From assembly GCA_963693365.1 (NCBI GenBank), contig CAVNZM010000006.1:7047264-7111263 (forward strand): DNA of 64,000 bases, read 5' to 3'. Below, piece by piece: positions 31,001 through 43,805 of this stretch. Origin of the DNA: Amoebidium appalachense. Lineage: Eukaryota > Protista > Ichthyosporea. Position 1 is the stretch's first letter; every line of letters begins with the position of its first letter. Made by a program: the position numbers and the translations under genes. Below the pieces are notes generated by a model. That model saw only the letters and a list, made by a program, of their open reading frames with translations, was not told the DNA's origin and ran no database searches.

Positions 31001-32902
31001 TGGGTGACTGTTAGCAGCTGGGCACCCACGTGTGTTTATGGAATAAGTGGGTGGTCCCGGCGGAAGAGTGAGTGGGGGGAAGCTTACGTGTATGTGCATT
31101 TTGTGGGAATGGAGGGAAGGCTAGTCTACTTGTGAGTGTGCAGGGGGGAGGGGAAGGGAGGGCAAGACGTGTATGCGTGTAGGGGAACCGGGGGGAGGGG
31201 GGGGGGGAGGGTGGGGGGGGAGGGAGAGGGCTAAGGGGGAGAAAGTGTACGTATGTGTGTGCAGGGGAGAGGGGAATAACGGGGAAGTCTAGGTGTGTAA
31301 AGGTGAAGGAGTGGAGAGAGAAAAGAATGTTTGTGAAGTCTGTGTGTGTGTGCAGGTGGAGGTTTCCTGCTGACCGGGGGTGCAGGTGCTTGCGGCGCTG
31401 GGCCCGTACGGGTTTGAGGACAAGGAGGCCAACCGCCAAGCAATCACGGTAGGGCCCAGCCCCAGCACGGGGGAAGACTAGGGATTGCAGGGTGCCCGCA
31501 CGCATCCAGCCGCAGTGGCCGGGTTTTCGTGCTTGTTTGGTTTTCTTGGCCTGCATGCTTTGCTTGTTTTATTTTTGCCCCTGCTTGTGCTGCTCGTCGT
31601 CCACACATTCGAGCCCCTCCCTCTGCTTGCACACCTTGGGAGCTAAGTGTTGGGCAGAAGGAGCCCAAAGCCAGTTCCCCTGCCCCCCGTGGCTATACTA
31701 TACCCGGATGGGGTTTGGCACGGGAGGTGGGTTGTTGGGTGACCATGAAGGAGCGTGGGCCTCCTAAGGCCTCTGTCTGTGCTGCATGCTGTTGGCGTTT
31801 CTCCGTACACAGCTCGGTGGAATCTCCACAGGTAGTTTTGGTGCTTCTCTGCCACCCCGTGTTAGGCTCGTGTCTGCCCTGGCCGGTGCCTGGGGGTGTG
31901 GCCGTGGGCACGTGGCTGTGTGTGTGCTGACACGTGCTGCAGAGCCCAGGCACGAGTGTGGTCAAGGTGGTCTACTGCCTGCTGCTGGAGGCCAGGCAGA
32001 GGGAGAAGCAGCGCCAGATGATTGGTGGGTGCCAGGTGCTTGCAGATGCCACTCATGCCAGTGCATGCCTTGAATTTCCCTCCCCTCCCCCCTCCCCCTC
32101 CCCCCCCCCTCCCCCTCCTTCCCCGCTCCCCATTCCTTCTCCCTCGTCCAGAGTTTCTGCTTGCGGCCCTGTCGCTGGCCTTGACGTTGCACCCTCACCG
32201 AGCTCTTCAAGGTGTTTTCGGTTGCCAATATTGTTTGCCCGCCCCCTAACCACCCCCCTCACCCCCCAGAGCAAGCCAAGCACGCACCCCCTTCAGCAGC
32301 AGCACCTGCGCCAGCAGGGCAGACGGGGGCCAGCGCAGCGGAGGGTGGGGAGGGCAAGGACCACCTGACGCTGGCTGCGGCCATGAAGAACCTGTTGAGC
32401 CCCATGATGGGCCGCAAGGGCAGGAAGAGGGCCGTCAGCGAGCCCGGAAACCCGGAAGGTGTGGACCGCAGAGGGTTTTGTAGGGAGGGGGGAGGGGGGG
32501 GGGGGGAGAGAGAGAGGGAGGAGGGAGGGGGGGGGGGGGGGGGGCAGGTTCTGACTGAAAAGGTTGGGTTTGCAGGCTACATCGCACCCTCCACGCACCA
32601 TTCCGTTGGCCAGGGCGCACAGCAACCCCGCCCACCACCCCCGGTACGTGCCTGCACAGCCTGGAGGAGGAGGAGGAGGAGGAGGGGGGGGAGGGGGGGG
32701 GGGGGGGGGCTGTTGCGGTTGGACGGGTATGGGTTGCTTCAGGCACCGGGCTGACGGTGGGGACGCAGGCACAGCAGGACGGGGCCGTGCGCAGCGGCAA
32801 CGGGGACCAGACAGACCAGCCGGCAGACGGAGAGATATCAGTCCCCGTGCCTGGTGCGTGCTGCTTGTAGTTTGGTTTGCCTGTGTGTGTGTGTGTCTGT
32901 GC

Positions 32903-32937
<35 letters not shown>

Positions 32938-33184
32938 CGCGTGCGTGCTTGTGTGTGTGTGTGTGTGTGCGTGCGTGCGTGTGTGCGTGCATGCGTGCGT
33001 GTTGGGGGGGGGGGGGGGGGGGGAGGGGGGGAGGGGGGGCTTACGTGCGTGCGTGCGTGCCTGTTGGGTGGGGGGGGGGGGGGGGGGGGGGGGGGGGAGG
33101 GGGGGGAGAACCAGGAAGATCCATCCATGCAGTTGCTGACAGGGTGGCCCCACAGCGGCAGCACGGACCCACCACCAGGTCTAG
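28076..33184 (+). CDS. AMPK/MARK-related (CAMKL) Ser/Thr kinase with a UBA-like domain, multi-exon
   Basis: Spliced motifs: IGPYKVLRVMGAGSFAQV, VALK, HRDIKPANI, LIDFG, GSPHFAAPE, VDIWSLGVTLY, HPWMN, then UBA-like VLAALGPYGF..VVYCLL. One apparent -1 frameshift in a G run at ~29425. The C-terminal exons are less certain. Confidence 0.88.
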
Positions 33185-34429
33185 GCCGGAGGCAGACCAG
33201 ACCGGCACGAGGGGTGATAGAGCATGCAGCATGCAGCTATAGCCGAGATATATATACACGCCACACATAGATAGCACGTAGTGATGATAGAAAATAGAAA
33301 CCGCGCAGCCTTTATCATGCAAGTAATGTACAGCGTAACATTGCCAGGGCAGAGCCTTGGGGTATTGATTGAATAAGTAAAGTGGGGCCACACGTACGAC
33401 CAGTTGTTCCTGTTTCTGGCTGGCACCTGGCTGGTTGCCCAGGTGCCGTGCTTTCAAAGCCCCTTATGTGCGATAGGAGGCTATGGGTTGGCCTCGGCGC
33501 GTGTCGGCACAAGCGTGTGGAGGTGATCAAGGAGTGAAGGAGGCCTAATTTGTTGCCACCGTTCAAGGCCTCATCGAGTTGCTGTTTTGGTTTGTTTGGG
33601 CTTTTGGCGCCTCATCCGAGGGTGATCCAAGCAAGGTGCAGGGTTAGCCATCACAGAGCTGAATGCCGCTATTACGGTATTTACATATCCATATTCCGAG
33701 TAGATCGATTTCTGGGGTGGCCCAGCCCTACTTAGGCTACTAGGCTGTTTCAGCTCAGAGATGAGAAGAAAAAAATTATATCCATCTACTGTTTTGTATT
33801 TTGTTGGATGGACGCACTTTTTTCACCCTCCAACACAAACACACAACGACCACCACCACCACCATCCATCACAATACCTACCCCCACCACCAGTCGACCG
33901 TGCACCATCACCCCCCAAAAAGGTGATAGTTGGCTCAACTAGATTCTAACCCAGCTGTGGTGCGCTGTAAGCCAATGACCAGCAGGTCGACGAAATACAC
34001 ACACGGTAGTAGCCTTGTTGGTCAACCGTGGCTTGACTCGGCAGCTGAGACTGATGAGACCGTGTCCTACTACGAGTTTTTGCTGTGCCTACCCGTACCA
34101 TTTCCGGCTGACGATGGCCTTTGATTTGTAGTAGACCTTCAAACTGTGCATGGATAGTGGCGGTTGAAGCTGATCAAGAAATAGAAAATAGTATAGGAGC
34201 TGCATCTCTGTCACTGAATACACGAGGGGTTAGCCTACGGTATACGCCTCAGTCGTACAGATTGTGCCAGCTCTCGAGTGGATGGTGCCCCCTTCGGCCG
34301 GATTTCGTGCCTGGTAACACGATTACACCGGTGCCACGCACTAGGCTGCTGGCCTGGTTTGCTGTGCTATGCCGCTGTGGTGTGCAGCCACCCCCCCTGA
34401 CTGCCCACCCACCCTCTTCCTTCCCCACC

Positions 34430-36900
34430 ATGGGCACAACCAAGTCGCGCCACCGGCCACAGGCCCTCACTCAGCCCCAGCCTGCCAGCCATGACCAGCC
34501 TGCCACACTGCCCAACCCCCCGCTACTCGCTGCGCACACAGACTTTGCGCCACCCTCGCCTAACCCTGTCGCAGGCACGCAACTGCGGGCCACAGGGCCA
34601 GGGTGTGTGTACGTGGCGCTGTTCGACTATGCCGGGCAGGAGGGGGACCTTTCGTTCCGCAAAGACGACGAGTTTGAGGTTGTGGCCGCGCCTGAGGCGG
34701 ACTGGTGGCTGGCGCGGTCGCTGCGCACGGGCCAGCAGGGCTACGTGCCCAGCAACTTCCTGGTGCCGCACACAGCCTTCAGCACCGAGCCGTGGTTCCA
34801 TGGGGAGCTGGGCCGGGCCGAGTGCGAGCGGCTGCTGCTGCGGTTCAACAAGATAGGCGCTTACCTGGTGCGCCAGTCCAGCAGCCAGCACCCCTACACG
34901 CTGTCTGTGCGCGACCAGTATGACGCCGTCAAGCACTATGCCGTGCGCACAGGCCCTGAGGGCGACTGGTTCCTCAGCCCCACACGAAGGTTCAAAGGGC
35001 TGGCGCAGCTGGTGGCGTTCTACAGCCAGTGCCCTGAGGGCCTGTGCACACGCCTGACCGTGCCCTGCCCAAAGGCCGCACCATACCTGACCGACGTGTC
35101 CCATGCCACCAGAGACAACTACGAGATACCGCGGTCGGCAATAAGGTCCGTGTGCTTGGCTGGGTTGAACCCCCGTAGTGGTATCGGGTGCATAGTTGTG
35201 TTATGAGGTGCTTGCCCACCGCTGTTCTCTAATGGTTGCATGACTTGCACTAACACTGTTATCAGTTCTGTATACCGCTCGTATCAACCTAGCCCTCTCT
35301 TTCCCACTTCCCCAGTCTCCCGATCACGTCATTGAGAGCATTAGCTGCAGTCTCCATATCGTAACCTTGAGGATCGGCATTCACCCATTGCGGTTTACGA
35401 TCCGATTGACTATTGAAATGGGTACATGCGTCCATCCGTACATACAAAAATACGCACGCGCACGCACACAAACACAGGCACACACACACACACTGTATGT
35501 ATAATAAATGTATATCATAGTGTGTTTGTATATAGAAATGTATGCGATATGTAATCCTATGATGTATCTTGAAGTGTGTGGATATCTGCACACACTTACA
35601 GTATTACACATATGTAAGTACAGTACAACTGTATAAGTGTATCGATGTATGTGTTGCATATCTATGTCTGTGATACAGCCATGCATGCCTACTTGTGCCC
35701 CGGCAGTATGTGTCTATCTTTGTACATTTTGCTGCCCCTAATTGTTGTTGCAGGCTTGGGGCCAAGCTAGGGGAGGGCAACTTTGGTGCAGTGTACCGGG
35801 GCACGTTCAATGGGGTGACGGAGGTTGCCGTCAAGGAGCTCAAGCCCGGCACCATGGGCCAGGCCGAGTTCCTGCGTGAGGCGCAGCTGATGAAGCGCCT
35901 GCAGCACCGCCACCTGGTGCGCCTCTATGCCATCTGCACGGCCCAGGAACCAATGTACATCGTGCTGGAGTACATGGCCAGGGGCTCCCTGCTGGGCCTG
36001 CTGAGGGCTCAGGGCCAGGACTTCAACTGGCGGCAGAGGGCAGACATGTGTGCACAGGTGGCGGCAGGCATGGCTTACATGGAGGGCCAGCAGGTGCTGC
36101 ACAGGGACCTTGCAGCCAGGAATGTGCTGGTCAGCGAGCAGTGGCTGTGCAAGGTGGCTGACTTTGGCCTTGCACGCTGTCTGGCCGACCTGGACGGGGG
36201 GGAGGAGGTCTATGCGGCCAGAGAGGGCACACAGGTGGCCGTCAAGTGGACCGCCCCAGAGGCCCTCTTCTTCAACAAGTTCTCAACAAAATCCGACGTG
36301 TGGTCCTTCGGCATCCTCATGTGGGAGGTGGGTGGCCACACACCACAAGTGGAGCGCAAGGGTGGAAGGCTCTCCGCAAAGAGGGGGGGGGGGGGGGGGG
36401 GGAGGGGGGGGGGGAGGGGATGCGGGGGGGCTCAGCACAAGGAAATAGCCAAGAGCACAAAGGGACGACCACCAGTACCACAGTGTAGCAGAAACATAAA
36501 AGCAGACCTTATGGTCAGGGGTCCCGCCCGGGGAGGGAGGGAGGGAGGGAGGGGGGAGGGGGAGGGGGGGGGGAGAGGGGGAGGGGCCCCCGGGGGGGGG
36601 GGGGGGGGGGGGGGGGAGAGGCAACCTCCTTCGGAGTGTAAAAGCGTCACGGACGTTTGTTTGACTGCTGGGGGGGTGCAGATGGCCACACACGGGGCCA
36701 CGCCGTACGCAGGGCTAAGAAACAAGGAGACCATGGACGAGCTCCGAAAGGGCTATCGCCTGCCCAGACCCGACGGCTGCCCCCAAGACTACTGGCTGCT
36801 GGCTGCCGGCTGCTGGGCAGAGGCCCCCGACCAGCGCCCGGCCTTTGGCAGTCTGCAGGGCCAGCTGGAGGCCCTGTTTGATGCCCCCCGTGCAGCATAG
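34430..36900 (+). CDS. Src-family non-receptor tyrosine kinase (myristoylation-SH3-SH2-kinase), 3 exons (~34430-35145, 35754-36327, 36682-36900)
   Basis: MGTTKS start. SH3: ALFDY..DLSFRK..WW..GYVPSNF. SH2: WFHG..YLVRQS. Kinase: GEGNFG, VAVK, HRDLAARN, DFG, KWTAPE, SDVWSFG. GT-AG introns in phase. Confidence 0.95.
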
Positions 36901-37025
36901 CAGGGGGGGTCTATGCACGTAGGCCCTGTTTGATGCCCCCCGTGCAGCATAGCAGGGGGGGTCTATGCACGTAGGCCCTGTTTGATGCCCCCCGTGCAGC
37001 ATAGCAGGGGGCGGTCTATGCACAT
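36870..37025 (+). repeat. ~52-bp unit containing the Src stop codon, 3 copies
   Basis: ggccctgtttgatgccccccgtgcagcatagcagggggg.tctatgcac repeated three times. Confidence 0.9.
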
Positions 37026-37249
37026 AGGACCCCACGGCACGAACGAAACACTGAGTCTGGGTGGCTGCCAGCGCCAGTCATATTCTTTGTATCTAAAATC
37101 TCGTAGTCCGTATAGTATGTTTGTAATCAGTAAAGTATTCATGTACTCAGCAAAAATAAACCTTCACATTGCCCACATTCACCACCACGCCAAGCTCTAG
37201 TGTCTCAAAGGGGCCGGGAAACCAGCCCGGGCCTACACCTCTCCACGGC

Positions 37250-38221
37250 TCATCGCTTGCTGACGTGCAGCAGGCAGTCTGTGAGGGTGACCACCCCCAC
37301 GGGCCTGCGTTCGTTGTCGACCACAAAGACCCTGTACTGCCGCTGTGTGTGCAGCATGGCCACCACCTGCCGCAGGGCCGTGTCGGGCCCACAGGTGAGG
37401 GGCGGCCTCTCTCCCATCAGTGCCCCCACCGTGGCCGTGCGCAGCGCCGCCGTGTGCTCCTCGTCCAGGGCCCTGACCGCCGCCAGACTCAACTCCCCCA
37501 CCAGCCGGCCCTGCCCGTCCACCACCCCCAACCCGCTTATGTGTGCGTCTCTGAGCCGCTGCAGGGTGCCCAGGGCCGGGTCAGTGGTAGTGCACGTGAC
37601 CAGGGGCTTAGCCGCCAGGCCCAGGGAGGCCAGGGTGGCTGCGGGCTGGTCATAGAGGTCGTCCACGTTCTCGTGCAGTATGCGCAGCAGGCCCATCTGC
37701 GTGATAACCGCAACCACGGCCCCCGCTGGGTCCTGCACCAGCAGGCGGTGGGCCCTCCTCTGCTTCATCAGCTTGACCACGTCCCTGAGGGTGTCTGTGG
37801 TGCGCACCTTGAGGGCGTCGTTGGCGTCATACAGGCCCAGTATGCGGTGCAGGGGTATGGCCAGGCCGGCCTCGGGTGCGTCCCTGTGCTCGTCCTGGTA
37901 CCACAGCAGGTAGTCGGCCAGGTCCACCAGGCTCAATATGCCCAGGTACTCCCCCGTGGCCGACAGCACAGGCACGCTCTGTATGCCCCGCTCGTTGAGC
38001 AGGGCGCGTGTCTCGCCCACGGTTGCTGCGGCCGTGGTGGTGATGAGGGGCTGCTGCGTGGCCACAAAGTCCGCCACCGTCACCGCCCGCAGTGAGAAAG
38101 GGGCATCTGGGCGGTCCTCGGGGGCCGCGTCTGGGCCGACCTCCGCCCTGCGCTGGTGCTGCTTGAGCCGCCGTGCGTGCTCACTGTGGCTGAGTGTCTC
38201 CTTGCCCTGCGTCTGGCCCAT
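37250..38221 (-). CDS. Intronless CBS-domain protein (two CBS pairs; AMPK-gamma/SDS23-like), 323 aa
   Basis: Single ORF with repeated CBS motifs (SVPVL..GEYLGILSLVDL; HRLLV..VVAVITQMGL; GLGVVD..GRLVGELSL; RVFVVD..RPVGVVTLTD). Confidence 0.88.
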   Translation of the reverse strand: MGQTQGKETLSHSEHARRLKQHQRRAEVGPDAAPEDRPDAPFSLRAVTVADFVATQQPLITTTAAATVGETRALLNERGIQSVPVLSATGEYLGILSLVDLADYLLWYQDEHRDAPEAGLAIPLHRILGLYDANDALKVRTTDTLRDVVKLMKQRRAHRLLVQDPAGAVVAVITQMGLLRILHENVDDLYDQPAATLASLGLAAKPLVTCTTTDPALGTLQRLRDAHISGLGVVDGQGRLVGELSLAAVRALDEEHTAALRTATVGALMGERPPLTCGPDTALRQVVAMLHTQRQYRVFVVDNERRPVGVVTLTDCLLHVSKR

Positions 38222-38467
38222 GGTGCCGTGTGCCTGTGTGCAAGTGCGTGTGTGCGTGTGGCGTACGTCTCATAAAGTAAGTCTCAAGTTGTGACTGCCC
38301 GTACACTTGTCCTCACTGTCAGACTCTATGGGTTTTTGAACTTTAGGCTGCCGCACTGTACAAATATTTAAACCGCCGGGGCCGGCGCCGGGTGGCTCAC
38401 AGCCAGCACTGCCCAGCAGGTGCCGGAATTTTCGAACAGCCGCCGACCAGAGCTCAGACAGACACGC

Positions 38468-38512
<45 letters not shown>

Positions 38513-38734
38513 TGGGTTGCGCACGGGGTAGCGGGAGGTGCCGGGTAGCCAGAGGTGCAACGGCTTATGCACGAGGGCACACATACACACGCACAGTCAC
38601 ACGAACAGCCACACAGGCCGCAACCGCGGCATACCTCCACTTGCTCCCTCCCACCTGGGAGACTCTCGAGCACGTGCACGCATATGTACACACGCAGAAA
38701 AAGCTGCACACATGCATCCTCCCCCTCTCTGCCC

Positions 38735-38788
<54 letters not shown>

Positions 38789-38830
38789 TCACCTGGATCT
38801 CCTCCCGCCCCTCCCTTTCTTCCCTTCCTC

Positions 38831-38923
<93 letters not shown>

Positions 38924-38951
38924 ACAAACACGCACACACACGCGCGCGCAC

Positions 38952-39000
<49 letters not shown>

Positions 39001-39373
39001 CACGCACACGCACACGCACACGCACACGCACACGCATACGCACACGCACACACACACACACACACACGCACACACACACACACACACACGCACAACCATA
39101 CCGCCTCACCCACATGCTGACACTGGCCCACCCACCCAAGATCGACACACTATTTCCCTCCAACCCCCTCCCCCTAACCCCCTCCCCCTCCCCCCTCCCC
39201 CCCCCCCCCCCCCCCCACATGGCCCACCCACTCGAGATCGACACATTTATCCTAGCTCCCCTCCCCTCCTCTCCCACCCACCCACCCGAGCGCGCCCACA
39301 AAGAAACACTTACGCACAAGCCCGTGCAACCACACACCTACATACCTACCTGCCCCCGCCACCCCCCCCCCCC

Positions 39374-39405
<32 letters not shown>

Positions 39406-39537
39406 ACCTCACGCACTCACATACAAATGCGTTAGACACAGGCCCACCCACCCAGCTTAGCTCTCCCCCCCCCTCAACGAAAAGCCGTGCATACCGACGG
39501 ACCCTAGCACAGCCCTACCCCCCAGCACCCACACAAC

Positions 39538-40986
39538 ATGGCAGGGGACTGGACACTGGCCACTGCACCCGAGTTTCTTGAAAGGAAAGGAGACGGGCAG
39601 GCAGACAGGCTGGCAGGGGTGCAGCAGCTACTGGGGCCATACAGTGCCCTAAGGGTGGTGGCAGACAGGGAGGGGGGCTGCTACGTGCTTGCGGCCTGCA
39701 ACCTGAGGGCGGGGGACCTGGTGCTGAGGGTGGAGCCTATGGCCCAGACGGTAGACAGGGACTATGTCAAGAGTGCCTGTGACTACTGCCTCAAATACAT
39801 CCTGCAGGGTAGCCTGCCCCTAAACTGGTGAGGGGGGAGGGGGGGGGGGAAGGCAAGGAGGGCTGATTCCCGAAGCAGCCGCTGACTTTTTTTTTGCAGC
39901 ACGGGCTGTGAGTTTGTGCGGTGGTGCAGTGCAGAGTGCAGGCAGCAGAGCCAACAGACACACACAGGCACAGAGTGCATGCTGTTCAAAAGGTTCAAAG
40001 GGGCACAGATGGATGCTATAGACAAGGAGAGGGCACGCCAGATCATACGCATACTGCTGGCTCCTGAGGACCAGAGAAGGTGGGTGGGTGTGTGTATGCA
40101 TGTGAGGTGGGGGGGGGGGGGGGGGGTTGCAGGTGTGTGGTGGTTCTGACATGTGAGCAGGGCAGTGGGGCTGCTGTGCACCAACAGAGACAGGGCAAGT
40201 GCGCTGACCATGAGGGCACTGGGGGAGGTGGTGGGGTCCATGCGAAGACTTATTGAGAGGAGGAGGCTGCCCAGTGAGCACCGGCTAGTGGATCTTTTAT
40301 TGGCCACAAACAGCAACCAGTTTGGTATAGTGGATACGAGGGGTGAGGCCTATGCCGGTGCCCTGTATCTGCCTGCTGCCTTCTTCAACCACTCATGCAG
40401 GCCCAGCATGGCTAGGGTCCAGGAGGGCCGATGCCTGGCCCTGTATGCTGCTAGAGACCTGAAGGAGGGGGACCTGCTGACCGTGTCGTACGTGCCCTGT
40501 GTGTGCTTGTGTGTGCCTGTGCCCTGCGTGTGCCTGTGCCTGTGCCCTGTGTGTGCCTGTGCCCTGCGTGTGCCTTTGTATGCCTGTGCCTGTGTATGCC
40601 TGTGTGTGCCTGTGCCCTGCGTGTGCCTGTGCCTGTGCCCTGTGTGTGCCTGTGCCCTGCGTGTGCCTGTGCCTGTGCCCTGTGTGTGCCTGTGCCTGTG
40701 CCCTGCGTGTGCCTGTGCCTGTGCCCTGTGTGTGCCTGCCTGTGCCCTGCGTGTGCCTGTGCCCTGCATGCGCCTGTGCCTGTGCATGTGTTGCCTGTGC
40801 CCACAGACCTGACCTCTCACACCCCAGCTACCGGCCCGTCTACACGGGGCCTGACCTCGACCTGCGTGCAGTGAGACGGCAGGAGCTGCAAGACGAATAC
40901 CACTTCAAGTGCATGTGCCCTGCATGCAGTGCACTAGATATGGTGCCTCCAGGCCCAAACCCGGCAGGTGGGTGGGTGGGTGGTTG

Positions 40987-41024
<38 letters not shown>

Positions 41025-41242
41025 TGTGTACGTGGGCGAGGGGGGGGGGGGGGGGGGGGCAGGAGTGGAGTCAAAGGGGTGCATAAAGGGCACCGGACGA
41101 AGGGGAGGGTTCGGGATGATGCTGAATGTTGTGGTTGTGTGCAGGGGTGCAGGTGTGTGTGGAGTGCGAACGTGTGGTGGTGGAGGGGGACCCATCTAAG
41201 GGCTGCATCTGTCGCAATGCAAACTGCTTGGATGGGGCCTGA
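39538..41242 (+). CDS. SET and MYND domain lysine methyltransferase (SMYD family), 5 exons
   Basis: Split SET with a MYND insert (CDYC...CTGC..WCSAEC..H..EC), FFNHSCRP, LTVSY and post-SET FKCMCPAC. Exons splice in frame to TGA at 41240-41242. AATAAA at ~41317. Confidence 0.88.
40495..40800. repeat. Intronic (GTGCCT/GTGCCC)-type microsatellite
   Basis: Degenerate hexamer array filling SMYD intron 3. Confidence 0.85.
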
Positions 41243-42308
41243 CAGTCCCCCTGTGGGCCCCAGCAAGCACCGTGCCAGCCACAGGCATATGCATGGTGGA
41301 TACTGCAGTGGCAGAGAATAAAGCCCAGCGCCCAGGGGGGCATGTGAGGGCCACACCGTCCACTCGTAGCCATGGGGCTGGCTGGGGGTCATAGTGGGCT
41401 TGAATGGCCCCCCCCCCCCCCCCCCCCCCGTTAAAGTTCCACCCGGTCAGGTGCACTGCCCCCCAGTGGCATGGGTCAAACCTATTGGTTTATTACGTGG
41501 GGTAACCCTCTAATAAAGCAATAGTTGCCAGGTTAAGTTTCCCCCCCTGTTTTCTCTGTCTCCATGTCCCCCCCCCCCCCCCTCCCCTTTTTCCCCCCCC
41601 CCCCATCCCCTCTTCCCCCTCCCCCCGCCCCCTTCCCCTTCTCTCTCCCCCTCCCCTCCCTCTCTCCCCCTGCCCCCCCTCCCCCCCCCCCCCCCCCCCC
41701 TCCCCCCTCCCCTCCGGGGTCGAAACTCAGACGCAATTGATGACTTGGGTCTTCGCTGAGGATGGGCTCTGCTTATGACACATACTGTGCACATGGCTGA
41801 TGTTGCATACTTGAAATTTTGCCTTGCATGTGTCCTGCACCATGCTTCTCGTCGTGTATGCGTACTTCGTACCGTGTTCCGCATTCAAACCCCCCTCCCC
41901 TCCCTCCCCTTCTCTATAGGTTAGGGAGTCGGGGAGCTTTGTAGAAGCCCGGCTTATGCTCTATCTCTCTGCTTGCTTTCTTTGTTTTTTTGTCTGCTTG
42001 CAGATTTTGTAGGCTCTGCGTTCTTAGATTGCTGCTCCTTGAACAACCCTGCTCGTCTTTGGCCAAGACGGGTGGACTCGCCTATTGCTGTTGAAACAAA
42101 GTATGGGTTGGGAACCACGTGCGAGAGGTTAAAGAGTCGAAACCCATGCTTTTGTGGAGGCATAGGAACCCCCCTGATGATGGGCTCTGTTCAAGTGTCT
42201 TCTGCCTGCACGCTTAAATTGTTTGATTTTGGATTTCCCGCCTTTGTGACGCTTTGTTGTTGCTCTTTGTTGTCTCCTCCATATTTCCAACCCTCTAACG
42301 CATACATC

Positions 42309-42391
<83 letters not shown>

Positions 42392-43328
42392 ACCACCACC
42401 ACCACCACCACCACGCACCCATACACACACACCACCACCACCACCCATCGCTTTCCCTTTTCGATCCCTCTCCGGCTTCCCCTATCTTCTTTTTTTTTTT
42501 TTTCCTGGGGTGGTGGTGGTGGTGGTGGTGGGGGCGGGGGAGGGGGGGGGGGGGGGGGGAGAGGGGAAGAAGGGGACGGGGACATGTTTTAGTCGAAGGT
42601 AGAGAGGTAGGAGAGCGAGTTGTGTTGGAGGTTGACCCATGCAGGGGGCTGGCCTGGTGCCTTTTAGGTGGCTCTTAATTTAAAGGCAGTCTACTTTCCT
42701 ACTGATAATGATCACGTGCCTCTCCCACCCTTCAAAAATACATAGATCTATGTACTATGATCTAATTGGAGTGCATGGGTTGTTATTGTGGCTGCAGGCT
42801 ACAGTCAGGACGTGGCATATAATTACAAATAGGCCTGGCAGAGCGGTGCAGTGCATTCACCCCTGCTAGCCCCCACATTGCTTGCATATGCATGTGCACA
42901 GACACAACACCGACACACGCACACTTGCAGGGCATGAATATGCCCACCTTGTTTACATGAAGACCCACCCGGCCAGTGGCCAGCCACCGTGCCTGGGTGG
43001 GGTCTGTGCCTTTACTGACGTCTTTACTGGCACATATCACACATGCCCTCTATAATAACAGACGTGCCCTAGCTTCTCCCAGATTCGACGTTGCACTAGC
43101 TACTGATATTATGAATAGTACACACACCTTCCTCACTTGGTTACATACCCTCTCTAATGGCCCATATAAGCTACTTGGTGGCCCACATATACCCTAACTA
43201 TTAGTGGCCCACATTTCCTCTCTAATGGCGCGCACACATCCTCCTTAGTGCCACAAACACCCTCCTTAATGGCGCACACATCCTTCTTAGTGCCACAAAC
43301 ACCCTCCCTAGTGGTGCATACATCCTCG

Positions 43329-43772
43329 CTAGTGGCCCACGTACACGGGCTTGCGCTTCTCTCTGAATGCGGCCAACCCTGCAGCAGCCCACCTGGTCAG
43401 ACCTCTCACACAGACACCACCTGACAACACCCCACCTCCATCCCCATTTCCACACCTAGAACCCCCCTTCCTCCTGGCATCTCTAACTGCCCCTAACCCC
43501 AGCCCCCGCCTTCGCCCCCACCCGACAACCACCCATACACGCACAGCAACGCTTCCACCGCCATTCCCCCCCCCCCCTCCCCCCTCCCCCCTCTTCCCAA
43601 AGGCACTCCCCCACCCGGCCCGTACTTCAACCAACCCCCCCCCCCCTCCTCCCACCCCCCTGTGCGCCGTGCTCCCACCTTCCAATCTGTCCTTTGTCGG
43701 GATAACCTGTGCGTAGCATGCCTGCTCCAGCATCATCCCTGCACCTCTGCACCCCCCTGCTTGTCAGCATCC

Positions 43773-43805
<33 letters not shown>

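Noticed and set aside
35289-35420. Nested antisense coding fragment in the Src intron (NADPQGYDMETAANALNDVIGRLGKWEREG)
   Set aside because: Too short, with no start or splice support.
41954-42250. Short basic ORF between SMYD and AUH
   Set aside because: No motif or gene structure support.
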